A stretch of 64,000 nt of DNA from Octopus sinensis (Eukaryota), in contig NC_043000.1 in NCBI RefSeq assembly GCF_006345805.1, forward strand, positions 3,720,001 through 3,784,000. The letters are read 5' to 3'. The translations under genes were made by a program, and so were the position numbers. Each line of letters begins with the position of its first letter. Position 1 is the first letter of the stretch. The notes beneath the pieces were generated by a model. The model was not told where the DNA came from and made no database searches. It worked only from the letters and a program-made list of their open reading frames with translations. Below, in pieces: positions 1 through 13,014 of the stretch.

Positions 1-1248
1 TGTGGCTGGGAATTTCAATGAGCATGTCGGACGGCAGCCTGGTATCTTCCATGGTGTACACGGGGGCCATGGAATTGGTTACTGAAATGAAGAGGGAACA
101 AGGCTATTGGAGTTCTGTGATGCAAATAACCTATTGATTTGCAACACCAACTTCAGGAAGCCAGCCAGCCACCTGATAACCTACCAATCAGGTGACTGTG
201 CTTGCCAGATCGATTACATTCTCACCAGAGAAATACAAATACCTTTCCTGGTGAAGAATGTATCTGCCAGCATAGACTAGTCATTAGACCAGAAGGATGT
301 CAAAAAGCAGACAAATCTGGAAAAGAAGGATTTGAAAGATTAAGGACATTTCATATGGTCAGAGATGTAGGGACATCCTAATTGAGAAATTTAATGAGAG
401 GGAGGAGGAGCTACAAATTGTGGAACGGAGGGCAACTGGGAATTCCTGCAGGACAGCTTGCAAAGTCCTATCCAGACCTAGGGTGACATGGTGGTGGAAT
501 AATGCTGTAGACAGGGCCATTAGAGCAAAGAAATAAGCCTGGAAGGCCTGGTAGAGTGGGGGTAGCAGGGAACTGTATCAGATAGCCAGAAAGGAGGCTA
601 AAAGACAGGTATATCTAGCCAAGGGAGAAGCAGAAAAGAAGTTTGCCAATGTTTAACGATGTGAGGATCAAAGACTTGCAGTGTTTCTGATTGCAAAGAC
701 AGTGTGTGAGAGAAAATTGTGATGTCATAAGAGAGAACTGTGTCCGCATGGATGATGGTGCCCTTGCATTTAATGATTCTGCAAAGAAAGAGGCTTAGAA
801 ACACCATTATGAAAGACTGTTGAACATGGAGAATAAATGGGAGAAGGAGAGCCTGCCAAATGGTGACCCAATTGAGGGACCAGCTATCCAAATTGAGAGT
901 ACCTTGGTAGATAAAGCAATTAAGGATATGAAGATAGGGAAAGCCCCAGGGCCATCAGGAATCACAGCTGAGATGTTTAAAATATCTGACAGTGTGGGTT
1001 GTGGTCTAGTCACCCATATTGTAAATCAGGTAGTTCAAAAAGGAGTCATACCCAATGACTGGTGTAGAAGCACTATAGTCAACTACTACAAAGGTAAAGC
1101 TGATACCGTAGATAGAAATAATTACAGAAGTATCAAATTGTTGGATCAGGTGATGAAAGTTACGGAGAGGGTCATAACCCAACTAATTAGGAAGAGAGTT
1201 AGTCTAGATGAGAGAAAGTTTGGTTTTGTACTAGGTAGAAGCACCACT
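1..1248 (+). mobile_element. Degraded RTE-clade LINE (APE endonuclease C-terminus, tether, start of RT)
   Basis: Frame +2 begins VAGNFNEHVG...EGTRLLEFCDANNLLICNTNFRKPASHLITYQSG...QIDYIL. ORF 820-1311 gives GKAPGPSGI...PNDWCRSTIVNYYKGK...NYRSIKLLDQVMKVTER...KFGFVLGRSTT. Stops and frameshifts are present. Confidence 0.92.
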
Positions 1249-1267
1249 GTCTTGCAACATTTGTTCT

Positions 1268-1560
1268 TGCCAAGGTCAACCAGCATTTTATCTCCAGAGT
1301 CAATAAAATAATGTACCAATCAAGGATTAGGTCAATGTAATTAAACAACTCCTCACTCCAAATTTCCAAGCCATGTGCTTAAGTCAACCTTGGTAAAATT
1401 TCAGTTCAAAATTCTGCTAAGGTCAATTTTGCCTTTCATCCTTTCAGAGTCAATGAAATAAGTACCAGTTGAGTACTGGGGGTCAATGTAATCATTTAGC
1501 TCCTTCCTCAAATTTCATGCTTTGTGCCAATAGTAGAAAGGATTATTATTATCATTATTA
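1268..1560 (+). mobile_element. Degraded copies of SINE family E (Meta-domain-like core)
   Basis: Contains ttttgcctttcatcctttcagagtcaatgaaataagtaccagtt, the core shared with SINE family B, and an (ATT)n tail. Confidence 0.7.
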
Positions 1561-1569
1561 TAATTATTA

Positions 1570-1740
1570 CTTATATACACACAACAGATTAGACTGTTGG
1601 AAAAGAAAAATTCCTAACATCAGGCTACAAGTAACCTTAGATGCTAAGAACCCTCCAAAGTATCTTAGATGTCCCTTATAACACTCTATCCATCTGTTCA
1701 AATCTTTAGGGATAGTTCCTAATGCACCTATTATTATTAT
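1570..1740 (-). mobile_element. 3' remnant of an R4/Dong-like (restriction-like endonuclease) non-LTR element
   Basis: Minus strand reads IIIGALGTIPKDL..., then after a frameshift GTSKILWRVLSI*. This matches the GALG...GTAxILRxVL C-terminus of the R4/Dong clade. Flanked by (TAA)n-type repeats. Confidence 0.7.
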
Positions 1741-3004
1741 TATCATGATCATCATCATCATCAAATGCATATTAGTATGGATTTGTGGTTTTGAATTGTA
1801 CCCATCACTCTTCTTAGATTGGCTGCCAAGTCATTATTACAACGTACTTGCAGAAATTAAAAAGAAAATATGAAAATAAATTATATTCAATTCAAATTGG
1901 AAATACTGATGCCCTAAGGATTTGGGTATTTTAACAAAAGGAATTAATATTAACTCATTACCTCCTCCTCACCTGAAGTATGTTCCTTCTTACATCAGCC
2001 AAATTTTATCAATAATCTCAAATGAATACAACACAAAACCATAGCAGATAATTTTATCTTGCGTTGGCGTTGGTATTGTTTAGATCTAGATCAGTCCTAT
2101 TTAAGTAGAACTATGATCAAAGCCATTCTAACCATGACCATTCCTTCTTTTTGTATATATATATATATATATATATATATGAAGACTGCATTATTTAGAA
2201 TATGATTTTGTTTTTTTTTTTCTTTTTGAGGTGGTAGGCTGGGATTTGAGACTAGTTCTAACAGGTAAAAGGACCATATCAATTCTCTTTGTGAGCAGGA
2301 AGTAAAAAAATCATACAATCATACAATCATACACATCAAAAATATTGCTAAGCGGGAAACAATATGTTCTCAATTAAATATAGTTCTGCTTTAAATTTCA
2401 ATGAATATTTTATTTGATGAAATAAATTTTAACATATTTGTTAGTGATTAATTTTACCTAATCCTTAAAAAGATAAGAGGAGAGATTGCTCATTTATGAT
2501 GAAATTCTAAAAATAGTTTTCAATTTAAATTGTTCAGCTCAACGGTCACGCAACTCGCATCTTGCAACAAAAAATAAATTGATTACATTTTAATGCTCTC
2601 ATTGACAAAACTGAAATAATGAAGATATGTCCTCAATAGTTTTGAATTACTTTTAAGACTGATGTAATTGAAACAGTTTCAGTTAATGTTTACATTAATG
2701 CTTTTCAATTGTTTGCGTCTTACATTTGTATTCGCTGTAATACATTGAATGGTTCTGCAAATATCATGCTGTTGTTATTGTTTTGGTCTTCACTAAGCAG
2801 TCTTTGGATCAAAGGTCTCCTAGTCATGATCATCCAGTTTTTTGAGGAGAGAGAGAGAGAGCATTGTGTAGCTATGATTACATTATCCAGTGTGACCTTC
2901 CATTTTCTTTTTTTTTTTTGTTGGTATGGGTGCAATTTGAGGAAATATTCGAAACTATTCCTAGTAGAGTCAGTGACTAGTTGTAAGTTAATAAGTTGAT
3001 TCAC

Positions 3005-3388
3005 CCATAAGATTGTTAACCATCTTGCCAACAATAACTCTGAGCACCTTTTCAAACACCACCTGTCTAACACCCATGGACACGTTTACAAAGTCAGAAA
3101 ACAGCACAGCTCCCATGACTTTCGAAAACATTTTTTCATGCTAAGAGTTGCTGAAGCATGGAACAAACTGCCAGCATCAGTTGTTAGTTGTCGGAGCACT
3201 GTATCCTTCAAAACTTCCATGCTTCTTGAGATTCGCCAACTTTACACCTGATTTCTCCCCTCCATACACACGCAAGCATGTATCTGACTCACATACTGAT
3301 CACTTCCCAGACGTTTGTACATTACTGCATATGCTTTATACGCACTTTTGACAAGTTGTGGTGCACCTGAGCACAGTATACAATAATT

Positions 3389-3430
<42 letters not shown>
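3005..3430 (+). mobile_element. 5'-truncated CR1/L2-group LINE 3' end with (ATT)n tail
   Basis: Reads HKIVNHL...THGHVYKVRKQHSSHDFRKHFFMLRVAEAWNKLP...SFKTSM*, followed by a 3' UTR and (ATT)n. Confidence 0.88.
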
Positions 3431-3433
<3 letters not shown>

Positions 3434-3680
3434 GATTTGTTGAAATAAGCCTTTCTACTATAGGGAAAAAGGCCAGAAATTTTGGGGAAGAAGTGGTTAG
3501 TCTACCAACTCCAGTAGTCAACTGGTACTTAACTCTAAAAGGAGGAAAGTCAACTTTGGTGGAGTTTAAACTCAGGGTGTAAAGATGGACAAAATGCTGT
3601 TATGCATTTTGTCTGGCATGCAAATGATTCTGCCAGCTTGCCATCTTTCTGGCAGATTGCTGTCTTGATTACTCGAAATA
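3425..3680 (-). mobile_element. Degraded SINE family E
   Basis: Reverse complement contains gagtttaaactccaccaaagttgactttcctcct...taagtaccagttgactactggagtt. Confidence 0.6.
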
Positions 3681-4292
3681 ACGAAGCAAGAATTTAAGAG
3701 GAATTTTTTTCTATTGCAAAGCAATGAACTGGAACTGATTAGATGTTCTGTTAAGTTGGACTGAGTGGGACTTTTCAAGAAATCATATTTGTGAATCCAT
3801 TGAAGGATTTCACCAATGACATGTACTCTTCATTGCTCAGTTACTAAATGCCTATGAAACAAGCCTTATGTAAGATGCACCAGCTTGTAGTATTTCTTTA
3901 GGTCACATTCAACTTTAATGTTATGCCAAAAGCAACTATTAGAACATTATAGTAAACATATGAGAATGACATATAATAACTAGAAAGTCAAACACAGTAG
4001 AAAATTTTCTGTTCTGTCATTATAAAACAAGCATATACTACCCAATAGTATTAAAAATTACAGAAATGATATTCCTGTCACTATGAAATAAACATATATT
4101 AAACATTGTTTCTAACATTATAATAAATTTTCAACATAGGCACAAAGCCAAGTTGTTGGGGGGAAAAAACAGTCAATTAAATTGAATCCACCACTTGACT
4201 GGTACTTTATCTCATTGATCTCAGATGGAAGAAACCCAAAGCTTTATGGTGTTTGAACTCAGAACTTAAAGTGCTGGAATAAACACTGCAAA

Positions 4293-4463
4293 GGCGCAGG
4301 AGTGGCTGTGTGGTAAGTAGCTTGCTAACCAACCACATGGTTCCGGGTTCAGTCCCACTACGTGGCACCTTGGGCAAATGTCTTCTGCTATAGCCCCGGG
4401 CCGACCAATGCCTTGTGAGTGGATTTGGTAGACGGAAACTGAAAGAAGCCTGTCGTATATATG

Positions 4464-4496
<33 letters not shown>

Positions 4497-4718
4497 TTGT
4501 GTGACTGTGTTTGTTCCCCTAGCATTGCTTGACAACCGATGCTGGTGTGTTTACATCCCCGTCACTTAGCGGTTCGGCAAAAGAGACCGATAGAATAAGT
4601 ACTGGGCTTACAAAGAATAAGTCCCGGGGTCGATTTGCTTGACTAAAAAAGGTGGTGCTCCAGCATGGCCGCAGTCAAATGACTGAAACAAGTAAAAGAG
4701 TAAAAGAGTAAAGAGTAA
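4293..4718 (+). mobile_element. SINE family A (tRNA-derived, internal (TA)n(TG)n, GAGTAAAA tail), full length
   Basis: Head ggcgcaggagtggctgtgtggtaag (A box) and gggttcagtccc (B box). Includes ccttgggcaaatgtc, an internal microsatellite and the tail gaaacaagtaaaagag. About 30 copies occur in the window. Confidence 0.92.
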
Positions 4719-5178
4719 ATCATTTTGTTTGATATTCTAATGATTCTGCTAATAAATCATCCTTAGAGTGAACAATAATAATAACTAGAGTACTATGCAG
4801 TATTGGTTATGCAGTATTGGATATATACAGAATCACATTTGTATGTGAAATATTTTGTTTCTGTGAGAGTAAGCCTTGTGGCTAAACTATGGGGCTTTTG
4901 GCAGCTTGGAATGAGGATCAAACCAATCATTTTCCTTAGACTCATCAAAGATTGCTCACACTTTGCAAAATGCTAAAAGACTGTAAGATAGAACTACTTG
5001 TAAAGATCTAAACAAGATTATGCAAGGTGTAACAAAAGTCATTTTAAAACAAGTAAGTAAATAGCAATAAGAAAGACAAAACCACAGAAATATTCTTGTC
5101 ATTATGAAGCAAATATATTGTAAATTTAATTATTTAAGTTTGGAGATGTATCCCGCAACTGCTTTCTATAAATAAAAA

Positions 5179-5428
5179 TTAACCCTTTTACTGCAGAAAT
5201 CAGATATATCCACTCAGAGTTTCATTATCCTTATCTGCAGAAAGCAGTTATAATATTCCAATCTATCTCCCGTTGCAGGATGTCATGTTTGAAACAACTT
5301 TTTGTTAAGATATATGTAATTAACTGAGGCAATGTAACTTGCAGAAAATACCAATTCCATTTTTGGGTAGTTATTTAACATCATTACTGAAATAAGCATG
5401 AAATTTGATTTCACAGTTAAAAGGTTAA
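5179..5428. mobile_element. TTAA-flanked non-autonomous DNA element (piggyBac-like MITE)
   Basis: Left end ttaaccctttt-actgcagaaatc and right end gatttcacagttaaaaggttaa are imperfect ~20-bp inverted repeats, with TTAA at both ends. Confidence 0.65.
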
Positions 5429-5650
5429 TCATATAAAAAATTAATGTTCTCATCACTAAGGATTCAGTTTTAATTAGATAAAACTTCCTGGTTTACTTAT
5501 TCAAGTATGCTAGAACCCACTTTGCTAAATAGTAATAAGGCAATAACAACAGTACAGAAAGGTTCCTATCGTTATGAAACACACATGTCTTGTAATAGAT
5601 ATTAAAACAAAATAGTGCTAACATGTTTCACTACATACTAATAAGAAATT

Positions 5651-5871
5651 GCAGGAGTGGCTGTGTGGTAAGTAGCTAGGTGCAAGAGTGGCTGTGTGGT
5701 AAGTAGCTTGCTTACCAACCACATGGTTCTGGGTTCAGTCCCACTGCATGGCGCCTTTGGCAAGTGTCTTCTACTAGAGCCTCGGGCCAACCAAAGCCTT
5801 GTGAGTGGATTTGGTAGACGGAAACTGAAAGAAGCCCGTCGTATATATGTATATATGTGTGTGTGTGTGTG

Positions 5872-5914
<43 letters not shown>

Positions 5915-6118
5915 TGTTTGTCCCCCAACATCGCTTGACAACCGATGCTGGTGTGATTGCATCTCCATAACTTAGCGGTTCGGCAAAAGAGACCGATAGA
6001 ATAGGTACTAGGCTTACAAAGAATAAGTCCTGGGGTCGATTTGCTCGACTAAAGGCGGTGCTCCAGCATGGCTGCAGTCAAATGACTGAAACAAGTAAAA
6101 GAGTAAAGAGAAAGAGTA
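5651..6118 (+). mobile_element. SINE family A with duplicated 5' head
   Basis: The head gagtggctgtgtggtaagtagct occurs twice in tandem, followed by the full body. Confidence 0.92.
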
Positions 6119-6669
6119 ACCATAGAAAGGCTGCTGTCATTATGAAATATGAATATACTTAACAGTAAACAACAATATAGACACTAGTTTTGTCAATGAG
6201 AAAGAGACAATAATTAGTGGCAAAATAGCAGTAACGTGCAGTAAAGCAAGTGCAAACATATTTAATGTAGCAAGCCAGGAAATTTTAATTAAAATTACAC
6301 CTATTCTGACAAGAATCAATCATCTTAACTAAAAGTAATACTGCCTAGAGGGTGGTGGTCTTCTAAGATCATATTAATAATATTCTTCTTTTTGGAACCT
6401 GATTGTTAATTACTTATATACAATAATTACGTATAATATAATGTAATTTGTTTTGACTAGCATTTCAAGTTTTTGCCTGATGGCTTGTTCAGCTCTACTT
6501 TTAGTACTAAGTCACTCCCATCAGTGAAAGTTCTGTCGTTATTCTTAAAATTTCTTCAAAATAACCTAAAATTAGCATTTAAATACACAAAATAATTGAG
6601 GTAGTTACAGTATGCGATAGGATAATTAAGCTGAGATTAATTATCAACAACTCAATAGCAACATATATT

Positions 6670-6950
6670 TCTGCATATACTTCACAATCAGGGCTGGCAG
6701 ATGACCAAAAGGACCACTTTTATGGCCCTCCTGCAAGTTGTCTCAACAATAATCAACAACAATTTCCTTATTGTGCCTGTCAATTTTAACGGTCATGTTG
6801 GTCAACATCACAAAGGCTTTTGTAGTATACAAGAAAGATATTGTCATGTTACAAGAAACAAAGATTTAAGGTTTCTAGAGTTCTATCATATATTTGATCA
6901 AAGAAAACAGCCAGCCACCTGATCACCAATTAATCAAGTGAACATACAGG
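6670..6950 (+). mobile_element. Highly degraded RTE endonuclease fragment
   Basis: Reads AYTSQSGLADDQKDHF...NFNGHVGQH, resembling the RTE APE motifs YAPQxG and DFNGHVG. Confidence 0.6.
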
Positions 6951-7432
6951 TCAAACAGATTTCAGTCTCACCAGGAAACGGGATAGGCAGACCGTTGTAA
7001 ACGCTAAAACTTTTCCAGATGAAAACTGCACTATATCCAATGTAGATTAGTGCTTAGTGACAGCCTAGTCACAGCAGAAGGTTTTCTCACATCAGTATGT
7101 ACTCAACCAGTATTAAACATGGCTTTACATGAACATATTTTTATTCAACACTGCTTCGTGTCTACTTATTTGATTCTGGCTTAACCAAGCTTTACACACA
7201 TCAACAAATGTACTGTATATTGTTTTAATATAAGAATGAATTCATTCTTACTGGGCTGTAGATGACAGATTCGGAGCTTGTAGTTGACAACACAAACAAA
7301 TGCAGAAATGCATGATTCAGTAATTTCATTCACAGCCCAATATATGTTTTCACAGGAGAAATTTCTCCTGAGACTTTTTTCACAGAAGAAAATATTCAAA
7401 CATCAATATATTTTATTCAATGCTGCTTTGTG

Positions 7433-7470
<38 letters not shown>

Positions 7471-7597
7471 CACACACACCACACACAAACACTGTACACA
7501 CACACACACATACTAAGTATAAATTTGTATGCTACCAAACCTACATTTGCTACCATCCTTTGGATCCATGACACCCACCTCATTAACCTGTTGCACA

Positions 7598-8017
7598 TAC
7601 TCTTTTACTCTTTTACATGTTTCAGTCATTTGACTGCAGCCATGCTGGAGCACCGCCTTTAGTCGAGCAAATCGACCCCGGGACTTATTCTTTGTAAGCC
7701 CAGTACTTATTCTATCGGTCTCTTTTGCTGAACCGCTAAGTGACGGGGACGTAAACACACCAGCATCGGTTGTCAAGCAATGCTAGGGGGACAAACACAG
7801 ACACACAAACATATACACACACACACTTATATATATATATATACACATATATACGACAGGCTTCTTTCAGTTTCCATCTACCAAATCCATTCACAAGGCA
7901 TTGGTCGGCCCGGGGCTATAGCAGAAGACACTTGCCCAAGATGCCACGCAGTGGGACTGAACCCGGAACCATGTGGTTGGTTAGCAAGCTACTTACCACA
8001 CAGCCACTCCTGCACCT
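7598..8017 (-). mobile_element. SINE family A, full length
   Basis: Reverse complement matches the family A consensus seen at 4293. Confidence 0.92.
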
Positions 8018-8690
8018 GTCTTTCATTCATCTGTCTCATACATCATTCATTTCTTTATTACTCATCTCACTCACCATAACAATGAGTGTTACAAGACCTA
8101 CCTGCATTATTCAATCCTCCTTACCACCATCCTCATCATTCTACCTCTCACTCTCATCACCAGCCTATGTTTAGGAGACTGCATTGTACTATTTCTACCC
8201 AATGCACACTAACTTCACCCTTTCTACACTGCCAGCCACCACTCTATCTTCCCTGGGCTACTTCTATTGTCACCTATCACCTAATCTTACCTTCGACCAC
8301 CTCTGCTATTGCCCATCACTGCCCCCAATCTTCACCCCAATCATTCTGTCTCTAAGATTATACTCTTGCTCCTTTTACCTACCTAATCTGATTTTTCTTT
8401 TGTTACCACATTCTCCTATTTCCCTTCTCCATCACATTATCTCCAGCAACATACAAGTCCTAGGGTTTTAGGTATTAAGTATTCTCTAAACTTACAGTTT
8501 ACAAGGCAACCCCAACTTCTGTACTGGTACTACAACAAAAGACTCCAGCCCAGCACAGCTCTTGAGTGATTGGCAAGCAAGTAGAAGAGAAGTAAGCCTG
8601 AGTGGTCCCTTTAGTCCTGTTTCACAAGGACTTGATAATATTTGTAATGCTGCTACTGCAAAGAAATGCATCCAGTACACACTGTAAAAT

Positions 8691-8918
8691 GGCAGTGAGC
8701 TGGCAGAAACGTTAGCACGCCGGGCGAAATGCGTAGCCGTATTTCGTCTGTCGTTACGTTCTGAGTTCAAATCCCGCCGAGGTCGACTTTGCCTTTCATC
8801 CTTTCGGGGTCGATAAATTAAGTACCAGTTACGCACTGGAGTCGATGTAATCGACTTACTTCGTTTGTCTGTCCTTGTTTGTCCCCTCTATGTTTAGCTC
8901 CTTGTGAGCAATAAAGAA
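8691..8918 (+). mobile_element. SINE family B (tRNA-derived, Meta-like core), full length with TSD
   Basis: ggcagtgagctggcagaaacgttagc...gagttcaaatccc...gactttgcctttcatcctttcggggtcgataaattaagtacc...aataaagaaac. The flanking direct repeat is acacactgtaaaatggca. Confidence 0.9.
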
Positions 8919-9153
8919 ACACACACTGTAAAATGGCAAATGAGTGGAGAAAATAAAAACTGTTGAGAGGATCATCAAGTCATGTCTTGCCAAGGACACA
9001 ACAACCTATATATTGTTGGACCCATGATGATAGCAATTATAGTGCTGAGGATGATCATAATGATAACCATTACTGCAACAATGACTCCGGTCTATCCTTA
9101 AATACAGAGTAACCAATTGTAAAAAACAAAACCAAAAAAGCAAGACCAATATA

Positions 9154-9716
9154 TTGGGTTGTCCGGAAAGTTCCTGCTGATTTTTAAAGGAAAGAAAAAG
9201 GTCAGTAAATACTTGGCATTACATCTTAAATCAACCAAATATGAACCATTTTGTTGGACAATGCGTCTCCGTCTTTCCTTTAACTTGAAAATACCCTCTT
9301 CCCAGAATTGAGGTGGTTTCATGGCAAAGAATTCATCAAGGTATCTTTTTACGTCATCCAAGGAATTGAAATTTTTACCATTTAGACTATTTTGCAGAGT
9401 GGAAATCTGAAAGAGCAATATCTGGTGAATATGGAGGGTTGGAGGGTAGGGTAACACATCCCAACCAAGCTGCAGCAATTTTTGTCTGGTTCCCAAAGCA
9501 TCAAGTGCCGAAAATGAACTTTCTTATCTTCCATTTTAAAGGGTTATAGAATTAACACAGGTTATAGGAACATAAACCTTCTTCCATGAAAAGATAGTGT
9601 AAACTGTGCTCTAAATAGAGGTGTAGTCAAATCCTATTTTATTCACTTATCTATGTTCTAAAATAAGTTGAAAGGTACGCTACTATAAATCGGCACAAAC
9701 TTTCCGGACAACCTAA
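9154..9716 (-). mobile_element. Internally deleted mariner (D34D) transposon
   Basis: TIRs are TA|ttgggttgtccggaaagtt and aactttccggacaacctaa|TA. The minus strand keeps the transposase C-terminus: TRQKLLQLGWDVLPYPP...(frameshifted PYSPDIALSDF)...LQNSLNGKNFNSLDDVKRYLDEFF...FWEEGIFKL...IVQQNGSY. Confidence 0.93.
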
Positions 9717-10647
9717 TAAAAGAAATATTTCACATTTTATGAGAGACACAGAGTGGCCAACAGGGACAATATTCTTACAGTTGACTGATGCTACATGGAC
9801 AGTAAATTTCCTATCAAGTGTTTCATGTGCAGACCAATTCTCCTTAAAGTAATATGAAATAGGTTTTTTAAGAGGGGACCCATTAATTATTTGCTATGCA
9901 CATATATTTTTCATAATGTTGGGAAATTTAGTTGTTCATGCATCATTAGTTGTGGCTGACCCCCAAGTGCAAGTCTAAACTTGAAATATCAATTAATTTG
10001 TCATTACTATATTAACTATAAACATTCCAATTTTGTTGACTCCAAAGAAAAGTAGCATTCTGTGAGCTGTTTTTCTGTTGACTGATGGTGTATCAGAAGC
10101 CAAAATCCATTGAAGGCTTTCAACATAGTATTTTGTCTTTTTTTTTTTTTTTTTTGCTATACAGAAGTGAAGGAAGTAGTATAGACATAGCTCATCTCTT
10201 TGCAATAACCATTTTCTTCTGGGGGTATGTAAAGAAGCTTGACCAAAGTTAGACAAAGTATGCTGAAAAGCACACAATGAAAAATGATGTACTCATACTT
10301 TTAAGATCTCTATCATTGTTATAAAAAAATTTTGAAAATAACATGAAAAAAACCCAGTGCTTTCTTTTTTGCAATAAACACAAAGTTTGCTTAATTAACA
10401 TTTCAAGTTCAAACCTGAAACTAATAACTAATTCTGCTACCAACAGGATAAAAATTATAACTGCATTGCAGAAAATTGATCATCACCCTCATACTTTGAC
10501 AGATGCCAAAGTTACTAAAGGCATACACTACTTATATCAGTAAGAAGTTCAAGAATAGATTGACTATTACAAAGAAATGAACCACTTTAGATATGAATTA
10601 CAAATGTTATTTTCACATCCCAATAATTGTTTTAATATTTATCATTC

Positions 10648-10870
10648 CATGAAGGCAGTGAGTTGGTAGAATCGTTAGCATGCTGGACAAAATACTCAAC
10701 AGCATCTCGTTTGTCATTACGTTCTGAGTTCAAATGCACCAAGATCAACTTTGCCTTTCATCCTTTCAAGGTCATTGAAATACGTACCAGTTGAACGCTG
10801 GGGATTGATGTAATTGACTTACCTCCTCCCCATAAATTGCTGGCCTTGTGCCAATATTTGAAACCAATAT
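10648..10870 (+). mobile_element. SINE family E
   Basis: gaaggcagtgagttggtagaatcgttagc...gagttcaaat...actttgcctttcatcctttc...aaattgctggccttgtgcc. Confidence 0.8.
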
Positions 10871-10952
10871 TTATCATTCCATGCCAGGTAGTTAAGCTCT
10901 GGATTAGCCATCATCAAACAGACTCATGATCAAAGCCATTCCAGACATGACC

Positions 10953-11295
10953 AGGCACGAATATATGGTTAAGAAGCTCACTTTGCAAGCACACTGTTTC
11001 AGGTTCAGTCCCACCATAATGCACTTTGGGCAAATATCAACTATAGCCCTAGGCCAACCAATGCCTTGTGAGTGAATTTGGTAGAAGGAAACTGGGAAGA
11101 AGCCTGACATATGCATATGAAAGTGTGTGCATAAGTTGGTCCCCTATCACTACTGTACAACTAGTGTTAATTGTTTATGTCACATGTAACTTAGCAGTTT
11201 GACATATGAGACAGATAAAGTACTGGATCAATTTGTTCAGCTAAACCCTGCAAGGAGGTGCTCCAGCATGACCAGTCCAATGAATGAAACAAAAA
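10953..11295 (+). mobile_element. Degraded SINE family A
   Basis: Diverged match, e.g. ggttcagtccca...ctttgggcaaatatc...gccttgtgagtgaatttggtag. Confidence 0.7.
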
Positions 11296-12356
11296 CAGTC
11301 ACAGTATACCTAGACTACATTATCCAATATGTTATCTTTTCTTACAATAGTAGAATGTAGCTTGAGAAATATTCGACTGCTATTTCTTGCAAGCTGAGAA
11401 ATTGCATAGTGGCTTTCTTGTTGGTTTATTGATGTCAATGATGACAGAGGTGCTGGCAGTAAATTGTTCACTTGTAATAATCAATGAGAAGATAGGCTAT
11501 CATACTGCATTAGAAATAAAATATTTTCTCACACAAATCATTTAGAATTTTACTGTAACCTACTTCCTTTCTTTATAATATTCAATGTGTTTTTGTGTTA
11601 CTTTATTTGTGTAGGTAGTTTATAAATTTTAAATAGAATCTGTCAAAGTCAAAGCTTTCCTTTCGTTTTAAGACAACTAGTCTATGTTTGAAACACTTGA
11701 TGGATTTACTGTCCTTGCAGCATCTCAAGACCAAGGCATATTCTATTGCAGTTGGTGAATTCCGACACTAAACATGACAAGCCATTCTACTAAAGTAGAT
11801 AATTACCAACTTTTCTAGCAACGATTGTGTTACAAGAGCAGATTAAAAAACTGGAATTTCTCACACTATCATCAGCTGTCAACGAGTTGGACAAAGAAAA
11901 ACAAATGTACGTGCCATATGCGCTGTTAATTTTAGGATTTGTTTCACATCATTCCGTCATTATATCTTTCCGAGCTAATGCTTCTTGGGGTTGCTTCCTT
12001 TTACTGTGACTATTAGTGTTTAAAACCTCATTTGCCTTTGAAATGCAAGAAGATTTGCTTGAGATTCTCAGTTGTAATCTCTTGAATAAACTTGGGAAAC
12101 ACCAACATCAGCTGATTAAATCAACTCCTAGTGTTTGATTGGTACCTTTTTTTTGTTTTACTGACCCCTTCCCCAAAGGATAAAATTAGCTCAAACAATT
12201 CTGCTAACCCACTAAATGTGTTCAATGAGATAGATATCAAAATTTGAAGAGCAAGAGGAAAATATTTGATTCCCAGATTGTTTGTCCTCAGAAATGCAGT
12301 CTCCGATATTCCCTCTCTGTTCATGTGTTTCTTAGAGACACTATTGTACAGTAGCT

Positions 12357-12439
12357 TCAGACTACAAAATCACTTGTACCAACTTCAGTATGGGAAGATT
12401 GGCAAACGTCATGAGCATTGTTCCTCCAATTTTTACTAT
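12357..12439 (-). CDS. Speculative terminal coding exon of the minus-strand gene
   Basis: Acceptor ttttctgctttatttttataag. Phase-1 frame SKNWRNNAHDVCQSSHTEVGTSDFVV*, followed by ~800 nt of repeat-free sequence with AATAAA at 11607-11602. No homology recognised. Confidence 0.18.
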
Positions 12440-12808
12440 CTTATAAAAATAAAGCAGAAAACATTTAAAGGAAAAAATTTCCAGACACAATTTTTCTTTT
12501 TTCAAATCTATAGTAATAAGGATAATTTTGGTCTATTAACAGCATCAGGTTATTTCACTTAAAATATTTCTAATCACTATATTTTATGTAAACACAAATA
12601 TATTTTATGCAAACATCTTATTCCTCTTCTCTGGTTTTGGGTTTCTTTCACCAAATAAATTTACAAGCAGTTTAGCTTCATTGCGATGCTCAAATAACAG
12701 AAAAGGTAAGATGATAACAAAAAACCCCCACAAATTTTGTTAAATAATTGGGCTATACCATCAGTTATTGTAACCATTAGAATGCATTAAAAATATGAAC
12801 TGAGAAAT

Positions 12809-12969
12809 GGTGCATGAGTGGCTGTGTAGTAAGAAGCTTGCTTCCCAACCGCATCATCCCGGGTTCAGTCCCACTGCATGGCACCTTGGGTAAGTGTCTT
12901 CTACTATAGCCTCAAGCCAATCAAAGCCTTGTGAGTGGATTTGATAGATGGAAACTGAAAGAAGCCGGT

Positions 12970-13014
<45 letters not shown>

